In this document: positions 1-14,892 of the stretch, one piece after another
Position numbering within the stretch: the stretch's first letter is position 1
Layout: each line of letters opens with the position of its first letter
DNA from: Neocallimastix sp. 'constans'
Lineage: Eukaryota
Reading direction: 5' to 3'
DNA: 64,000 nucleotides
Assembly: GCA_050613775.1 (NCBI GenBank)
Contig: JBODTK010000012.1
Coordinates: 1,054,001-1,118,000 of the forward strand
Notes under the pieces: generated by a model
Told to the model about the DNA's origin: nothing
Databases searched by the model: none
Seen by the model: the letters and a program-made list of their open reading frames with translations, nothing else
Position numbers and translations under genes: made by a program

Positions 1-1959
1 AATTTACATATTTTAATATTAATATAATATGCATTTCCAATAAATATCTATCTAAATTCAATTCAATACAATTTAGTACTTATTTTTTTATTATATTAAT
101 TTTTTAAACATGAATATAATTAAAAAAAATATTTTTATGTATTAAATTTCAAATTTCAAAAATTTACATATTTTAATATTAATATATAACATATATTATT
201 ATTAATAAATTATATATTAAATATTATTATTTTTTTATTATTATTATTATTAAAGATAAAAGCATTTATTTTATATTTATTTTAAATAATATTAATATAT
301 ATAAATATATATAAATATATAACAACTTTGTTTTTGGTTTTATATATTAATCTATATTATTTTTATTTTTATTTTTTTTTTTTTTTTTTAAATTTATGTT
401 TTAAAATTTTTATACTTTAATAAATAATTAATTTTTTAAAAAAAAAAAATAAGTAAATAAAAATTAATTAAAATTATTATTCACATGTAGTTTTTAAACT
501 TTGATTATGTATCTAAAATTTTATTCTAAAATTTTTATATCATAAAATACTAAGTACCCTAAGTTGATATCCAAAAATAAAATAATATAATAATTTTGAT
601 TAATAATTGACATTGTATATATTATATATTTGTTTGAATAAAAAAAAAATTAACCACTTTTAAATAAATTATATATTGCAATTTTAATTATTATATTTTT
701 TATTAAAAATATATTTAAATATATAAAAGATGAATAATTAAATAATAAGATTATTGTTTTAAAAAGAAAATAACTTTCATAAATAAAAACTAAAATAAAA
801 CAAAAATAAAAATATATTTTAATTCCTTTTATATTTTTTTTAAAGGATTATTATTTAATTTAATTAAAGAATCTTTTTAATATAATTATTAATATTAATA
901 AAAATAAACATTATATTTTAAATAAATTTAGAGTTTATTGACTGTTATGTGGATGAAAATTTTATAAAAATGTATGCGTATATATATATATGTTATTTAT
1001 ATTGGTTATTTATATACCAGTTAATTAATTATTATTTTTTCGTAATAAATTAAGTAATCCAGTATCATAAATATTATAGTAAAAAATAATTTTAAAAAAA
1101 AAATATATATATATATATATTATTATTATAAAGAATGATTAAAAATTATAAAAAACAATAAAGTTTTTTTATTCAAAATAGAAATAATTTATATTTTTAT
1201 AATAATTATTTTTTCTATATATAATTCCAAAAATTATAAAAGAAAAAAAAATTTTAAAATAAAGATAAATAATAATAAAAAAATAAAAAATAATAATCTC
1301 TAAATATAAAATTGAAATTATATTAAAAAGAAAAATATTATAAACAATAAAATTTTATTAAAACTTCTCCAGTACTTTAAAAAGCTTTATCAGCATAAAC
1401 AATAGGTTAAATAATTTAGTTAAATCATCTCACCACAAAAATTCACTTTATCAAAAATATATATATATTCTATTAATTTTTAGATCATTTAAAAATTACT
1501 TTAAATTTAAGTTTAAATTTATTTTATAGAAGTCATTTATTTTATTTATCTATTATTTATTTTTAATTTAAAAATTAATTATATTTATTCTGAAAAAAGA
1601 AAAAAGTTTATATGAAAATTTGAACTAAATAATTACTATTAATGAAATACTACCGGTATTTTTTTTTTTTTTTTAAAATAAAAAAGAAAAATCATTTATA
1701 ATAAAACATTCAAAGATAAAAAAAAATTCAATATAAATGTATAATATTCTAAATATTTTCAAAAATAATTAAATTGTAAATATAAATATTTAATAAAGAT
1801 TTAATTTCCAATTTTTTTTTATTTAATAAAATAATAATTATTATTATAATTGAATTATTACATATAATTTTTTTATTATTTATTAATTTATAATTAACAT
1901 TTATTTGTATGATTTGTGAAATATATTTTATGTTAGAAATAAAGTTTAATATATGAATA

Positions 1960-2080
1960 GAGTGTGTGGCATTTCGCAAAATTTCATTTCGGAAAAGTTT
2001 CATTTCGCAAAATTTTTTGTGTCATTTCGAAAAATTTCATTTCTCAAAGTTTCATTTCGGAAAAGTGTCATTTCGCAAAA
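1960..2080 (+). repeat. Probable left terminus (TIR/subterminal repeats) of the MULE element
   Basis: Starts GAGTGTGTGGCATTTCG and is followed by several tandem CATTTC(G/T)(C/G)AAA units. It resembles the TIR pair at 22037/25096 (GGAGTGTTGCATTTCGGAAAG) and lies ~500 bp upstream of a MULE transposase. No matching right TIR was seen. Confidence 0.6.
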
Positions 2081-2581
2081 TTTTAATAAATAGATATAAA
2101 TAGATAAATAAATAATAAAATAAATAAATAAAAAATTTATTTTAATTTATAAAAAAAAATTTATAAATTATAAATAATTAAATAAATATTTTTTTTATTT
2201 TATTATATTTTTATTTATTAGATAAAAAAAAAAAAATAGTTAATAATTGTAGAATTATTTTTCTATTCATAGATTATTGAATCAATAAATAATAATAGCA
2301 ATTATAATAATAATAAAATTTAATAATTATATAAATTATAAAATTTTATTATTATTATAAATTTAATTATTTAATTTATTAATTGAAAAATAAAACTTTT
2401 AAATATTTAGATATTAAATATTAAAAAAATAAAATAATTTTAAAAAGGATTTTTATGTAACAATATATTAAAAAAAAATTACTATAAATAAAAAATAAGC
2501 TCAATTTTATTTAAAATTTATATAATTAAATATATTGAATAAGATTGAATAATTGAAAATTAATTAAAAATATTTAACAAA

Positions 2582-4574
2582 ATGGAAGAACTAAAAATAG
2601 ATATTAGTGAAACTAATAGAGGAAAAGAACAAATAATTATTAATAAAAAATATAAATATAATTATTCATACACTAAAAAGAATAAATCAAAGGTATATAG
2701 ATGTACCGAATATAAAACTTTAAATAAATGTAAATCTTACATTATTTTTAATGATGAAAAAGAAATTTTAAAATATGATGGTGTTCATAATCATTTCGAA
2801 CAAGAATTTAATGCCGCTCTATCATTAACAAAATATAGAATTAAAAAAGAAATTAAAAAAAGTTCAATTCCTTTCAATATAAAACCAAAAAGAGTATTTA
2901 ACCAAATTTCACAAGATATTGGTTTTATATGTCCTGAATTTAAATCTATAAAATCACAAATAATAAGAGATATAAATAAACAACTTCCTCCCAACATATT
3001 CAAGTTTTGAGGAAATTCCAGAAAAACATTATTTATATATTACAAAACAAAATGAAAATTTTATGATATTCAAAAATCAAAATGTCATAATTTTTCAGTC
3101 TCCATTTCAAGCATTTTTATTTAAAAAATATTGTGATGATCTTTTTGTGGATGGCACTTTTTATGTAGCACCTGATTTCAGTTATGTAACAAATCTTAAT
3201 GTTACTTAAGATTGTTTTAAGGTTTTTTCACACAAAAGGTTCTCGACACTAAAGTAATTCAAAATATGTTTTATTAAAATAAGTTTTTTATTAGTAAAAA
3301 TGTAAATTATTATTTTATTAATTAATTATTGTAATATTTTAAATTACTTTAAAATTAATTAATAAAAGCACAAGTAAAAATATTTTATTATGAAATTTTA
3401 CACCTATTTATAGTTTTTCAGGAAAATTAATTATTTTAAGTTATCAGTTGTTATTAGTAATTATTAGAAATAAAAGAAAATTAAAGAAAACAAGTTTTCT
3501 TTCTAGAAAATGAATCTTAGATAAAAAATGATAAAAAATATTAATAAAATAGATTTTTCTAGTTTTATCGGTTCAATTGTTTAACCGATAAACACTAGTA
3601 ATTTCTTTAATATTCTAGTTATAATAAATAAAAAGTTATTAAAATTTGGAAAGAGTGGGTGTCAAACCCTAAGGGTTCAGCCCGATGGTTGTGGTAACTT
3701 ACCATTGAACCAAGTTACTAATTTACTAGTTATGAGTTTCGTTACAAGTTATCAGGTTTTCATTACAAGAAATTTTGTTCCAGAATTAAATGAGTTTTAT
3801 ACCACTTCTTTTTCTATATTAAGAAATAAAGAGCAAGAAACCTATAAAACAATATTTGAAGTAATAAAAAGTAATTGTGATATTACAAAAGACAATGGGT
3901 TTTCTCCAAAAAATCTTCATTGTGACTTTGAAAGAGCCATATCTAATGCCGCAATAATTGTATTCCCAGATATAAATATTAGATATTGTATTTGGCATTA
4001 CAAACGATCATTAGGACTTCATAAAAATAAAATATGCTATAATGAAGTAAATCAAAACAGAGATTTATATGTTTATTATAACGCTATATTAAATTTACCT
4101 TTTATAAATCCAAATTATATATTAGATATTTTTCATAAAATTAAAAAATCATGCATTGAAAAAAATTATAACCAATTTTTAATATTTTTGGAATATTTTA
4201 GAAAAGCATATTTAATTCTTTATAATATTGAAAATTGGAATTATTATAATAATATTGAACATATAACAAATAATGCCTCTGAATCCTTTAATAATTATTT
4301 AAGTGGCTTATTTTCAAAAAAACCAACTTATTTTAGACTAATATATACATTAAATAATGATGTATCTTTATATCCAGATACCTACGAAAGAAGAATGCTT
4401 GGAGTATGGAACAAACAAAAGAGAAAAACATTAACAAAAACTAATAAAATCAAAAATATTATTGAAAGTTACAAGAAAATGGAATCATTTTTAATTAGTA
4501 ATGAAAGAAATAGAAGCCGTATTGCTGGATTATGGTTTGAATGTTTAATTAATTTAAATAATAAAATTAATTAA
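2582..4574 (+). pseudogene. Mutator-like (MULE) DDE transposase pseudogene, with a frameshift near 3000 and a solo-LTR insertion
   Basis: N-terminal FLYWCH/WRKY-like zinc finger (YRC-x-C...HNH). Catalytic motifs VDGTFY (~3148-3165), LHCDFE, CIWH and TNNASESFN. Removing 3185-3751 restores the frame ...APDFSYQVFITRNF... Confidence 0.9.
3185..3746. mobile_element. Solo LTR (562 bp) inserted in the MULE transposase
   Basis: TGTAAC...GTTACA termini flanked by the 5-bp direct repeat AGTTA (3180-3184 and 3747-3751). No internal ORF. Confidence 0.88.
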
Positions 4575-6019
4575 ATTAGAATTAAATTTATTTTTCTAAC
4601 CTTTTATAAAGTAAAATTATAATTAAACCTATATCTTTAATTATTAATTTTAGTTGTTTTTAATAATTAAATTATAACTAAAGAATTAAATAAAACAAAT
4701 TCTCAATTTTTTTAGTTAAATATTAATATCAATATTTTATATTTTATTATTATAATACTCTTATTAATATCAATATCACTATTAATATTTTATATTTTAT
4801 TATTATAATACTATTATTAATATCAATATCAATATCAATATTTTATATTTTATTTTTATATACTATTATTAATATTAATATCAATATCAATTTATTTTAT
4901 CAATATTATTAAAAATATAAAAATATATTTTTTATTTTATTAAAATACCAATATTTAACATTAAATACACAATAAAATAAAATATTTTTATATTTTTATT
5001 TAAATTAAATCAATTTTTAATTGAAAATTAAAACTTTTAAAATAATAATCAATATAATAAAGTTTTATCAAAAACCATTTAGTTTTTTTCTTTTTATTGT
5101 TAATTATTTAATAATTATTTGTATATTGTTTTTTTTTAGTAATTATATTTTAAATTCAACAATTATATTTTCTTTTCTAAATTTTTATTAAAAATAATAA
5201 ATAATTTAGTTATTTATATTAAATTTTTTTTTATAAATATTTGTATAATCATTTTTTTAATGGAAAAAAATAAATTTTTTTTTTTTTTCAAATATTAATT
5301 ATAATTAAATTGTAAATAATACAAGAAATCATTGAAATTACTATTATATGTAATAATATAATAATAAGATAATAAAAAAATAATTATATATATTTATTTT
5401 TTTATTACAAAATTAATTATAATAATTATTAATTGAATTTTCTTTAAAAACTAACTGTAATAATATTAATTAGGTGGATTATATGATGATAAAAAATAAA
5501 GTTTATATTTAATTTTTTTTATTTTTAAAGTTAATAATTATTAGTTTAAATTTCTTTAAAAACGAGATTAATAATTATATTTTATATTTTTTTTATGTCA
5601 CAACTTTTCATTTTATTATCTTTATTATCTTATTGTAAATTTTAGATAATTTTAAATAGTAATAAAATTTTAAATTATTAATCTATTGAAGGAGAAATTT
5701 TAATATTATTTAAATGAATTCTTAATAAAATTGGATTTAAATAAATTTACATCTATTACAAAAATTAAAATAAAAAGCATATTAATAATAGTAAAATATG
5801 TTTTTTAACTGGCTAAGGAAAGAGGATATATGAATTAAATAATAATTTATTAAAGTTTTATTGGAAACATAACTAATAAATTATATAAAAATTACGTCCT
5901 TCTATAGCAATGATATTATAGGTATATTCAAAAAGTGAAATTAAATTTTATCATTAATTAAATATCTCCATATCATTAATTTATAGCTAATTAAAAATTC
6001 AAAGTTAATAAATGTTATA

Positions 6020-6086
<67 letters not shown>

Positions 6087-6146
6087 ATATTTTTTATCAT
6101 TTTGGTTTTAAAATTTGGATAAATTATTATATTATTATATATTTAT

Positions 6147-6280
6147 ATTTATATTTAAAGATCAATATTATTATATATTTATATATATTTATATTTAAAG
6201 ATCAATATTATTATATATTTATATATATTTATATTTAAAGATCAATATTATTATATATTTATATATATTTATATTTAAAG
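6147..6280. repeat. AT-rich tandem minisatellite (~40-bp unit, ~3 copies)
   Basis: Repeated TTTATATTTAAAGATCAATATTATTATATATTTATATATA. Confidence 0.8.
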
Positions 6281-7049
6281 ATTACTACTAAGTATTAATA
6301 AGAAAGATGTTGATAATCAAATCAAATACACTACTCATATCTCACAAGGTATTCCTCATATTATTCTCGGTAGAGCTTAATGCCTTACATAAGGGCACAG
6401 GTGGAATTTCGATAGAACTATTTCTACTAATTATTATAATTTTACTATGAGTTTTATAGTCTTAATATTTGAAAAAAAAAATTCTAAATAATAATAAGTA
6501 TTTTTAAAATATTTCTTTTATATTTAAAGAATTTAAAATAATGCAATTATTAAAAAATTTGATTAATAATCTTTTTTTTATTAGTATATATAAAGTTAAA
6601 CTATAAAACATAACACCTGTAAAAAAAAAAAAAAAAGATTTCAAGAGAAAATGCTTATATTAAAATGAAAGTATTTCATATTAAATTAATAATAATACAC
6701 TGATATTAAATAAATATATTATTGTTATGAATGTAGATAGTTATAAATTATGTTAAGTTCTTTAATATATTATTTTCAACAATTTAATAATTCATTATAT
6801 ATATATTTTTTCTTTATATATTCATTCATTTATTTATTTATTTAACTATTATTTTATTATTATTTTTTTTTTAGTTTTATATAATTAATTATAATAATGC
6901 TTTTTTTTTGTATATTTGGTTGTTTGTTTATTATTAAGTGTTTAAATATTTATTTTTTCCATTGTATAACTTTTTGCTTATATAATCATATTGTCATATT
7001 TTTAATCAGCATTTGATTTTAATATATAAAAATCAAACATGAAATCTGT

Positions 7050-8036
7050 CTAAAAGTAAGAATTAGTGTCAGTTACAACATTATTTGAAGCTAATCCATT
7101 GAATGTACCTATAGATAATATATTATTTTTATATAGAGATTGTGCTTCTTTATTAGGATCAAATTCATTTGGCTCACGTATACAATATCTAAAAAGAAGA
7201 GCATCCGTTGTCAAAATTAGTATAAAATTCGACATTAAACACTGAAAAGGTGTAGCTACTGCGGCCGGTATAGTATCTTCTGCTATACCAATATTTGCAA
7301 AAATATCAAAAACAGAAAGAAAAAATTCTACCACATCAACACAAATAAGTATAGTATAACTTGATTTTTTAACTTGCTTAGATATAGTATATGAATTATA
7401 TGATGTTCTATCAGTGTTTTTATTGACATAATATAAAATAGATAATGTACATATTAAATCAGCTATGGCAATAGTACCAAATGCAAAACCATGAATTGCA
7501 CTAATTGTTTTATCTACTAAATAACCTTTCATCATACGTTCATATCCAATCCAAAATCTAAAAAATATAAAAGGTAAGAATAGTATAAAAATAACGTATT
7601 TTATTATTTTTCCTGCTTTAGGATTAGCTAAAGTTTTCAATTTAATTAAATTTAAAATAGGTACTGAATATTGTTGTGTAGTCCAAAATATTTCATCAAC
7701 TAAAAAAGGAACCACAATACCGTTATTATCTTTTTTACTTGGAAGACATATAAATGTTACCGTTGCATTCTCTAAAACACTTGCAATAAACCCAGCTACC
7801 GATGCATAAAATAAAATTCTCCAATATCTTCCATTTCCTGTTTTATAATACATAATAGATACTAATAAAAATTGAATAACATTAGCATAAAAAAATGAAT
7901 CTTGGAATTGACTAGCAAAACCGGGTATAAAATTTTTAATATTTTTATTATAGCATGTTCCTGTATTTGGTGAATTTTTTGTAAGATCATTACTATCATT
8001 TCTCTTGAAATGCTGTATAATTAAATTATTCATCAT
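7050..8036 (-). CDS. Intronless multi-pass membrane protein with seven predicted TM helices (GPCR-like topology), function unknown
   Basis: 328-aa ORF with seven hydrophobic segments (FFYANVIQFLLVSIMYY ... FQCLMSNFILILTTDALLF) and hydrophilic N- and C-tails. Confidence 0.8.
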   Translation of the reverse strand: MMNNLIIQHFKRNDSNDLTKNSPNTGTCYNKNIKNFIPGFASQFQDSFFYANVIQFLLVSIMYYKTGNGRYWRILFYASVAGFIASVLENATVTFICLPSKKDNNGIVVPFLVDEIFWTTQQYSVPILNLIKLKTLANPKAGKIIKYVIFILFLPFIFFRFWIGYERMMKGYLVDKTISAIHGFAFGTIAIADLICTLSILYYVNKNTDRTSYNSYTISKQVKKSSYTILICVDVVEFFLSVFDIFANIGIAEDTIPAAVATPFQCLMSNFILILTTDALLFRYCIREPNEFDPNKEAQSLYKNNILSIGTFNGLASNNVVTDTNSYF

Positions 8037-8743
8037 TTAATATATTATAATTATATATGATTAAACTTTAATAATTTAGAAAACTATTTATTAATTCATA
8101 TATTAGTAGGTTTTATATTATTAATTGGTTTATAGTAATATATATTATAAATTGGATTGAACTAATATATATTATAAATATTTTAGATTCTAAATATCAT
8201 TGAAGTATTTAATTGCATAAAATGAAATTGAGTATTGAAAAAAAAATTTTATATATTTAATTTTTACTTTTATTTTTATTTTTATTTATTATTAATAATT
8301 ATTATTATTTTTTATAGTGATATCTTTTTTATTATATATATTATATATATATTTAAATTACTTTCATTAAATATATAATTTTTTTTATAATTTTAGTTCT
8401 ATGAGTAATAGTTTTACATCAAAATAACCAAATTAAATAATATAAAATAGAATTATTAAAAAAAAAAAAAAAAAAGAAGATCATGAAGTTTAATATATTA
8501 TTTTATTATATATGTGAAATGAATTTAATACAATAAAAAATAAAGTTTATTATTTTATTATTTAAAGGAATAAATTTATAATTCTTAATTTAGAAAATAT
8601 TTAATCTAAATATATTTTTTCTTATATATTTCAATATTAAAAAAATAATAACACAAATTCCAGAATAAAAACAAAAATTAAAAATAAAGGTATGAATACA
8701 TTTTAAAAAAGTATAAATACATTTAACTTTATTTATTTATATA

Positions 8744-8774
<31 letters not shown>

Positions 8775-9714
8775 ATTCAAAATCTTAATTTTTATTCAAA
8801 AATTATATTTATTCAGTAGGTTTGATGTAATTTTTTTTTAAATTTAATATAAAAAGTGTATAAATAATAAAAATATAGTTAAATAATTAGTATTTAATTT
8901 TTTATAATAAAAAATATATATATATATATATTCATATTTATATATTTATATATTTATATATTTATATGTATGTATGTGTTTTCATATATAAAAATAATAA
9001 TCTTTTTAATATTATTAAAGATTTTAATCTTTATATTGCAATTATTAAAGATAATATATATATTATTGTTAAATATATTATATTCTCAAATTTTTTTAAT
9101 ATTTTATTAATTTTAAAAATAAAAAATAAAAATAAAATAAATTCCAAAAAATTTTCTATTGGAATTAATTTTTTTTATTAAGTATATATATTAATCTTTT
9201 TAAACTGGACTAAAGTTATTAAAAAAATATTATATAAATAAATATGATATTTATATATGAGAAAATTTGTTGATTATTATATATTTATTTTAAATTTTTA
9301 TAAACATTTTTGTTGAAAGTGTATATATAGAGTTTAAGTAATAAAAATTTTTTATTAATTTAATAAAGAATAAAATAAAAATTTTTGAATATAATTATTT
9401 TTTTAAATATTTTAAAACTATTTTTTTTTTTTTTTTAATTTAAAATTAAATTAAAAAAATAGTAATATTTTTATCATATCTTCAATAATGTAAAATATGT
9501 CTAAAAGCAATAATAATTTATATAAAAAATAGCATTGAGATCTTCAAATAATTATATTTTTAGCTTTTATTATAAATACATAATGAATAAATTGTAATAA
9601 TAGTAATAATTATTGTAATAGTAATAATATTAATTATGAGAAAAAATGAAAATACTAATAATTATAAAATGTACTTAATTTTAGATGTTATAGATGAAAT
9701 AATACTATTATTTC

Positions 9715-10650
9715 AACTAGATCATCCTTATCAGGAATCAAAGCTTTGAAGAATTCCATTAGAAACCCAACAGCACTATATACCTTAAAGTTAAGGGTAG
9801 TTGAGTTTACCTCACTAATTTCTTCATCACTTATAATCTTGGTTAATTTTCCATTATTGTCCTTAATAGGATGAGAGACTGTGAAAGATTAATTATTAAT
9901 TTTTGCATTTTTTTTTAACACTTTTCCATACTTTCCTACCTTTATTTTTTAAGAGCTAACGAACCAATTTTAATTTAATATAAATATTCTTTTTTCCTAA
10001 ATTCGTTAAATTTTTTATGAATGGATTCTCATAGTCTATTATAAGAGTCAACAATTTTAGCATAATCATTGGAATAATATTCAGATTTATAACCCTTAAT
10101 TTATTTATACTTCAAATATTTTACACTTTGAAAACAATAAAGATCCTTAGCAATGGAATCGGTAGTGTTGATGAACTTTTCAACTATACAATTTACTGAA
10201 ATTTCTTCATTTCTCAATTCATCACCAAGAGTATTAAATTTATTGTAATCACAAACTTCATTCTTAAATTCAAGAAATTTATACCCATCCCTCTTAACAA
10301 AATTTTTTGGAAACAAAATTGATTCATCCAATATACTTGATTTGACCAACGAAAGATCAATATCTGCTGAATATCTACCTCTAGTCCATGAAATAGGTGA
10401 ACCATTAATTGGAAGAATAAACCAGTTATAAGGTTACTATCTGTTAATTTTGTCTTGTAAATCAGTGGTGTTCATGCTATAGTCTCCAAGAAAAAATAGA
10501 TGGATGATTAGTGTAATTCTGAAGTCATGTGAAAACATCGATCATTCTTTTCTGGAAATATTTGTAATTGTTAATTATTACTTTTCATGGATATCTATCA
10601 TCCTTGGTATCATTACCTCTTTCCTAAAAACATTGGAATTATGGTTGAAT
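9715..10650 (-). mobile_element. Degenerate LINE ORF2 5' fragment (APE endonuclease to the start of RT)
   Basis: Minus-strand remnants: (I)FFLGDY (APE GDFN-like), PISWTRGRYSADID (APE 'ID' region) and GFLMEFFKAL (similar to GIPIEFFKAF of the adjacent LINE). Many stops and frameshifts. Confidence 0.6.
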
Positions 10651-11239
10651 AGCTAATTTAAATATTTGCTAAATAGTTATTTTAATTTTCTTTTTATTAA
10701 TTTGATACATTGGAAATTAATTGTTTCTTCAATAATTATTGTTTTATTCCAATAATTCAAGTTTAACATGTTAAAGTATCAATTTACCATTCTAGGTTTT
10801 TTTCTAGTCTTTTCCTAATTATGAGTTTATTAAGATTAATGTCCTAATTTCAATCTATTTTTGAATTTTATTAAAAATCAGGAGTTGTTAATATTAGGAA
10901 ATACTAAATAAAATATAGAGTACAAAGCCTAATCTTCCATATATAATTGGTTTATTAAATTATTTGGATATATTAAGTTTAAGGTTTTTTTTAAAAAAAA
11001 AATACTTTATCAAATCAATTAAGTTGATTTATTTCCTTAATCTCCAATACTGTTTCAGTTATTAATATGTCTCTGGCATTTTTTTTTAATTAATGTAATA
11101 AAACTCTTCAAAACCCAGAGCGTCAATATCAAAAAAAAATTTTTGAACTTAGAGAAAATTTTATTTAATTTATAATAATAATAAAATTACATGATTTTAA
11201 AAAAAAATAATAAAATACATGAAATAAAATATTATATAT

Positions 11240-13500
11240 TATAAAATAATGAAAGTGCGTTAAAAGCAATAGCCTCTAACTTTTCCCATTCATCGATAAT
11301 AACACCACTCCATTATTGCGAGTAATAATTTCAGTATTAGTGTTATCTAACGAATCTGTATTAGTTTTTTCACCGGAAGTGAAAAAATCCATGCCTTATC
11401 ATTTTTCGACGTCGACGCTCTTGGCAACGGTAGATTCAATGGAATACCATTTCATCATCAATCTAAAAGATTGGCAAATTAAAGGTATTACGTTTGTTAG
11501 AAACTCCGCAATCCCCACAAAATACGAAAAAATCGACGAAGATGAACTTTGTTTAAAAATATTGTCAACTAATTGTCTTTGTTCCCCATCATTAACTTTA
11601 ATTTTTTCATATATTGAACGCCCACCAAGAAGAGCACTCTATATATAATAATAAATATTATTATCATAATCCTTTTCTGAATCTAAAGAAACGTCCAAGA
11701 ATTTTTGTTCAATTATCATAGCAAACTTCAAAAAGAGATCATTTAGAAAAGGTAAAAATTTATTTCTATAATTTTCCAATTCTTTACAGGCAAAGATCCA
11801 GTGAGAAAACCTAGGTACATTAACACCACAACAAGGGCAGCATTTAAGGCAATCTTCTGAGACTATTTTTCTTTTAATGGAAATACATGTCAAATTTAAA
11901 ACCAGACTTAATTCGAGAAATCCAAAAGAATCCCAACTGATACTTAGGATATTGAAATGTTAAGTTTTTGATTTCTGAAATAAATCCAAAATCATTCTCC
12001 TTGTAAATAATTGCTTTTTTAGCTTTTGAAGGTTTGAAGACATCTCTTTCCCAATAAAACTTTTTTATTTCACTTGTTTTTTTACCATTTAATTTCTTAT
12101 CCAAAGTCCTTGATTCTTTAGTCCATGAGTAATATGACATTAGTGGGAATATTATTAATGAGATAATTAATAATACATGATGAGTTTTTCCATTTTCTAA
12201 AGCATCGTAATTGAGATATAGCACAGACAGCTGAAAGAGGGGGTATTCTAAATTCCCGAGTAATATCATAGAGGACTAACATAAGAATTACGAGATTTAA
12301 ATCCATAACTTCAATTAAGTCCTCTATTAATAATTTTTTGAGCTTAAAAGCATCTACTCTTATTTGAACCAAAGAGAGGAGCATAATATATAACAAGACT
12401 AAGAATAAACGAAATTAAAACATATTTCTTCAATGGGAAAGGAATAGATTTATTAATAAGAAATCGAATGTACGAATTTAATTTGCCATTTAAATTACTT
12501 TTTAATTTGGATTGTATAGGTTTCAATAATAAAAATTCATCAAAAGGAATACCAAGATAAGTATAGTTGTCAGTTTTAGGTAATTTGTTACTACCAATAA
12601 AGAAAGATGGATCTTCGTAATTTATTGGTTTACCAAAGTTAATCGGTTTTACAACAAGAGTAGCACACTTATTAATTCCAAAAGTCATTTCATTTTTAAT
12701 AGCCCATTCATGAACCTTATTCAAAAATTTTTTAAGAGCATGTTTTAGATGGAGCAATTAAAACAATATAATCCGCAAAAAGTCCACCACAACAATATTG
12801 AGAATCTAAAAATACACCATACTTATCACAATTATCCAGTACATCATTAATGAACAAATTGAATAAAATAGGAGATAGAGGGCATCCTTGTCTAACAACA
12901 CGATTAATCGAAAATTCTTCTGAGAGATTACCATTAAAAAAAGCACGAGCTTTAGAGGATAGATAAAGATTCTTTAAAAACAGATGACATTTACCTCTAA
13001 TTCCTAAGTTATAAAATTTGGTCAAAATATTAAAGATAGGTACTAAATCATAGGCTTTTTTAAGACCGAGAAAAGCAAAATAAATAAAATTTCCTTGAAA
13101 TTTTCTTCTTTGACATATTTCTCTAATTGAAATATATAAACTTATGCATTTTTCTTTATTTTTAAATCCAAATTGTTCAGGTCCAACAAATTTATGTTCA
13201 AAAGCATATTTAGCAATTCTATTAGTAACAATCTTTGAAATAATTTTTAAGCCAACATTAATAAGAGAAATACCAAGATAATTATTGCAATCTGAAAGAT
13301 CTCCTTTTTTTGGAATTGATATTATAGAAGGCTTTAAAAAATTCAATCGGAATACCATCGGGGCCAGGAGCTTTATTATTTTTCATATCAAGCACAGTGT
13401 TTTGAATTTCTTCCATAGTAATAGGATCATTAATATTCCAAAGTAAGATTATTATTAGAATTAGTTCCAAATAAATTTACCCAAAATAGACCGGTATTAA
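11240..13500 (-). mobile_element. 5'-truncated non-LTR retrotransposon (LINE) ORF2 pseudogene: RT plus C-terminal zinc knuckle
   Basis: KAPGPDGIP, IPKKGD..NY.GISL, QFGF, KKAYD, VRQGCPLSPILFNLF, GGLFADY (degenerate YADD), YTYLG and CPCCG..HWIFAC, spread over frameshifted ORFs 11639-13470. Confidence 0.92.
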
Positions 13501-13715
13501 TTAATGTTTGAATTCTAGCCATTCTAGATTTGTTTGAACCAAGAAGGGTAGAATAATAAATTACTTTACTAATAACAAAGGATTGAAGAACTTGGGATCA
13601 AAATGATAATGCAAAGAAAAAAATACTTATAGAGATTCGTATGATAATAATAATACACATAAATTTATGAAATTTTTAATTATAATTAATGGTAAATGTT
13701 ATTATATATATATAT

Positions 13716-13716
<1 letters not shown>

Positions 13717-13757
<41 letters not shown>

Positions 13758-13830
13758 CAGGGAATGTTATCATATATAATTATAAATGTAATAGAGAATT
13801 TTAGAGGTATAAAGTCTTAAATTGATTTTA
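13717..13830 (-). mobile_element. Short LINE 3' end with poly(A) tail
   Basis: poly(T) followed by AGACAGGGAA, the same junction as the LINE 3' end at 25523-25561. Confidence 0.5.
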
Positions 13831-14003
13831 TTTATGAAAAGGACGTTTTTATTTTTATTTTTATTTTTTATGTTTTTTATTTCCTTTAATTTATTTATTA
13901 TAATTTTTATTTAAAAAATATTTTTTATTAATTAAAAAATATTTTTATTCTTTAATTTATATATTTATTTTATTTTATATTCAAGAGAATTTTTCTTCTT
14001 TTT

Positions 14004-14050
<47 letters not shown>

Positions 14051-14082
14051 TTCTTTAATTTAATTATATTCAAGAGAATTTT

Positions 14083-14122
<40 letters not shown>

Positions 14123-14892
14123 CTATTATTTATTTATTTTTAAATTAAAAGAAAATATAATAATTAATAATGATTATATAAAGATCAAAACGAATATTTA
14201 AAAAAAAAAAAAAAAAAAAAAATACACTATTTAAAATTTAAATTTAAATTATATAATTTTTATATTTGTATTTTTATTGAATAAAAAAACTTTTTTTTTT
14301 TTTTTTTATTTCTTAATTTCTTTATAATAATATTATTAACATTATATTCTATTTAATTATGTTTTAAATTTTTTTTTTTTTTTTAACTTTATATTTATGT
14401 TGTTTTAAAAACTTCTTTTAATTATAATAAACCATTTAAAAAATTGTTTTTTCTAAATTACATCTGAATAATTAAATTAATTAATAATGATTGAAATATA
14501 TTATATGTATATATTTTTATTAAAATGGATAAAAATTTAATATATGATTGATTATTATAACGCATTTTTTAATTAAAAATAATGATATATTTTTATAATT
14601 TTTTGTTGAATTGTATAATTTCGTTTAAGAAATAAAAAAAATATTAGTATTATCTAATAAAAAAAAATATTACAAAATATGTGGTAATTTTATGTGTTTC
14701 TGAAAATAAAATTAAATATATTTAATTGTTATATTATCATATATATTTAATTTTATTTTACTTTATTTAAAAATGATATTAGTTGTAAATTATAATAAAT
14801 TATTAAATTTATTATAAAAAATAAAAAAGGATTAAGGTACATATATCTTTTAATAACAATTAGAAACACTTTGTTTTAAAATAAAAAATAAA

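Noticed and set aside
1749..2003. Short AT-rich ORFs (also 8966-9181, 21728-21964, 51849-52223)
   Set aside because: Low-complexity I/N/K/F composition expected by chance, with no recognisable motifs.
3705..3746. N-terminus of the 289-aa ORF as a real start
   Set aside because: It derives from the solo LTR. The true transposase frame continues from before 3185.
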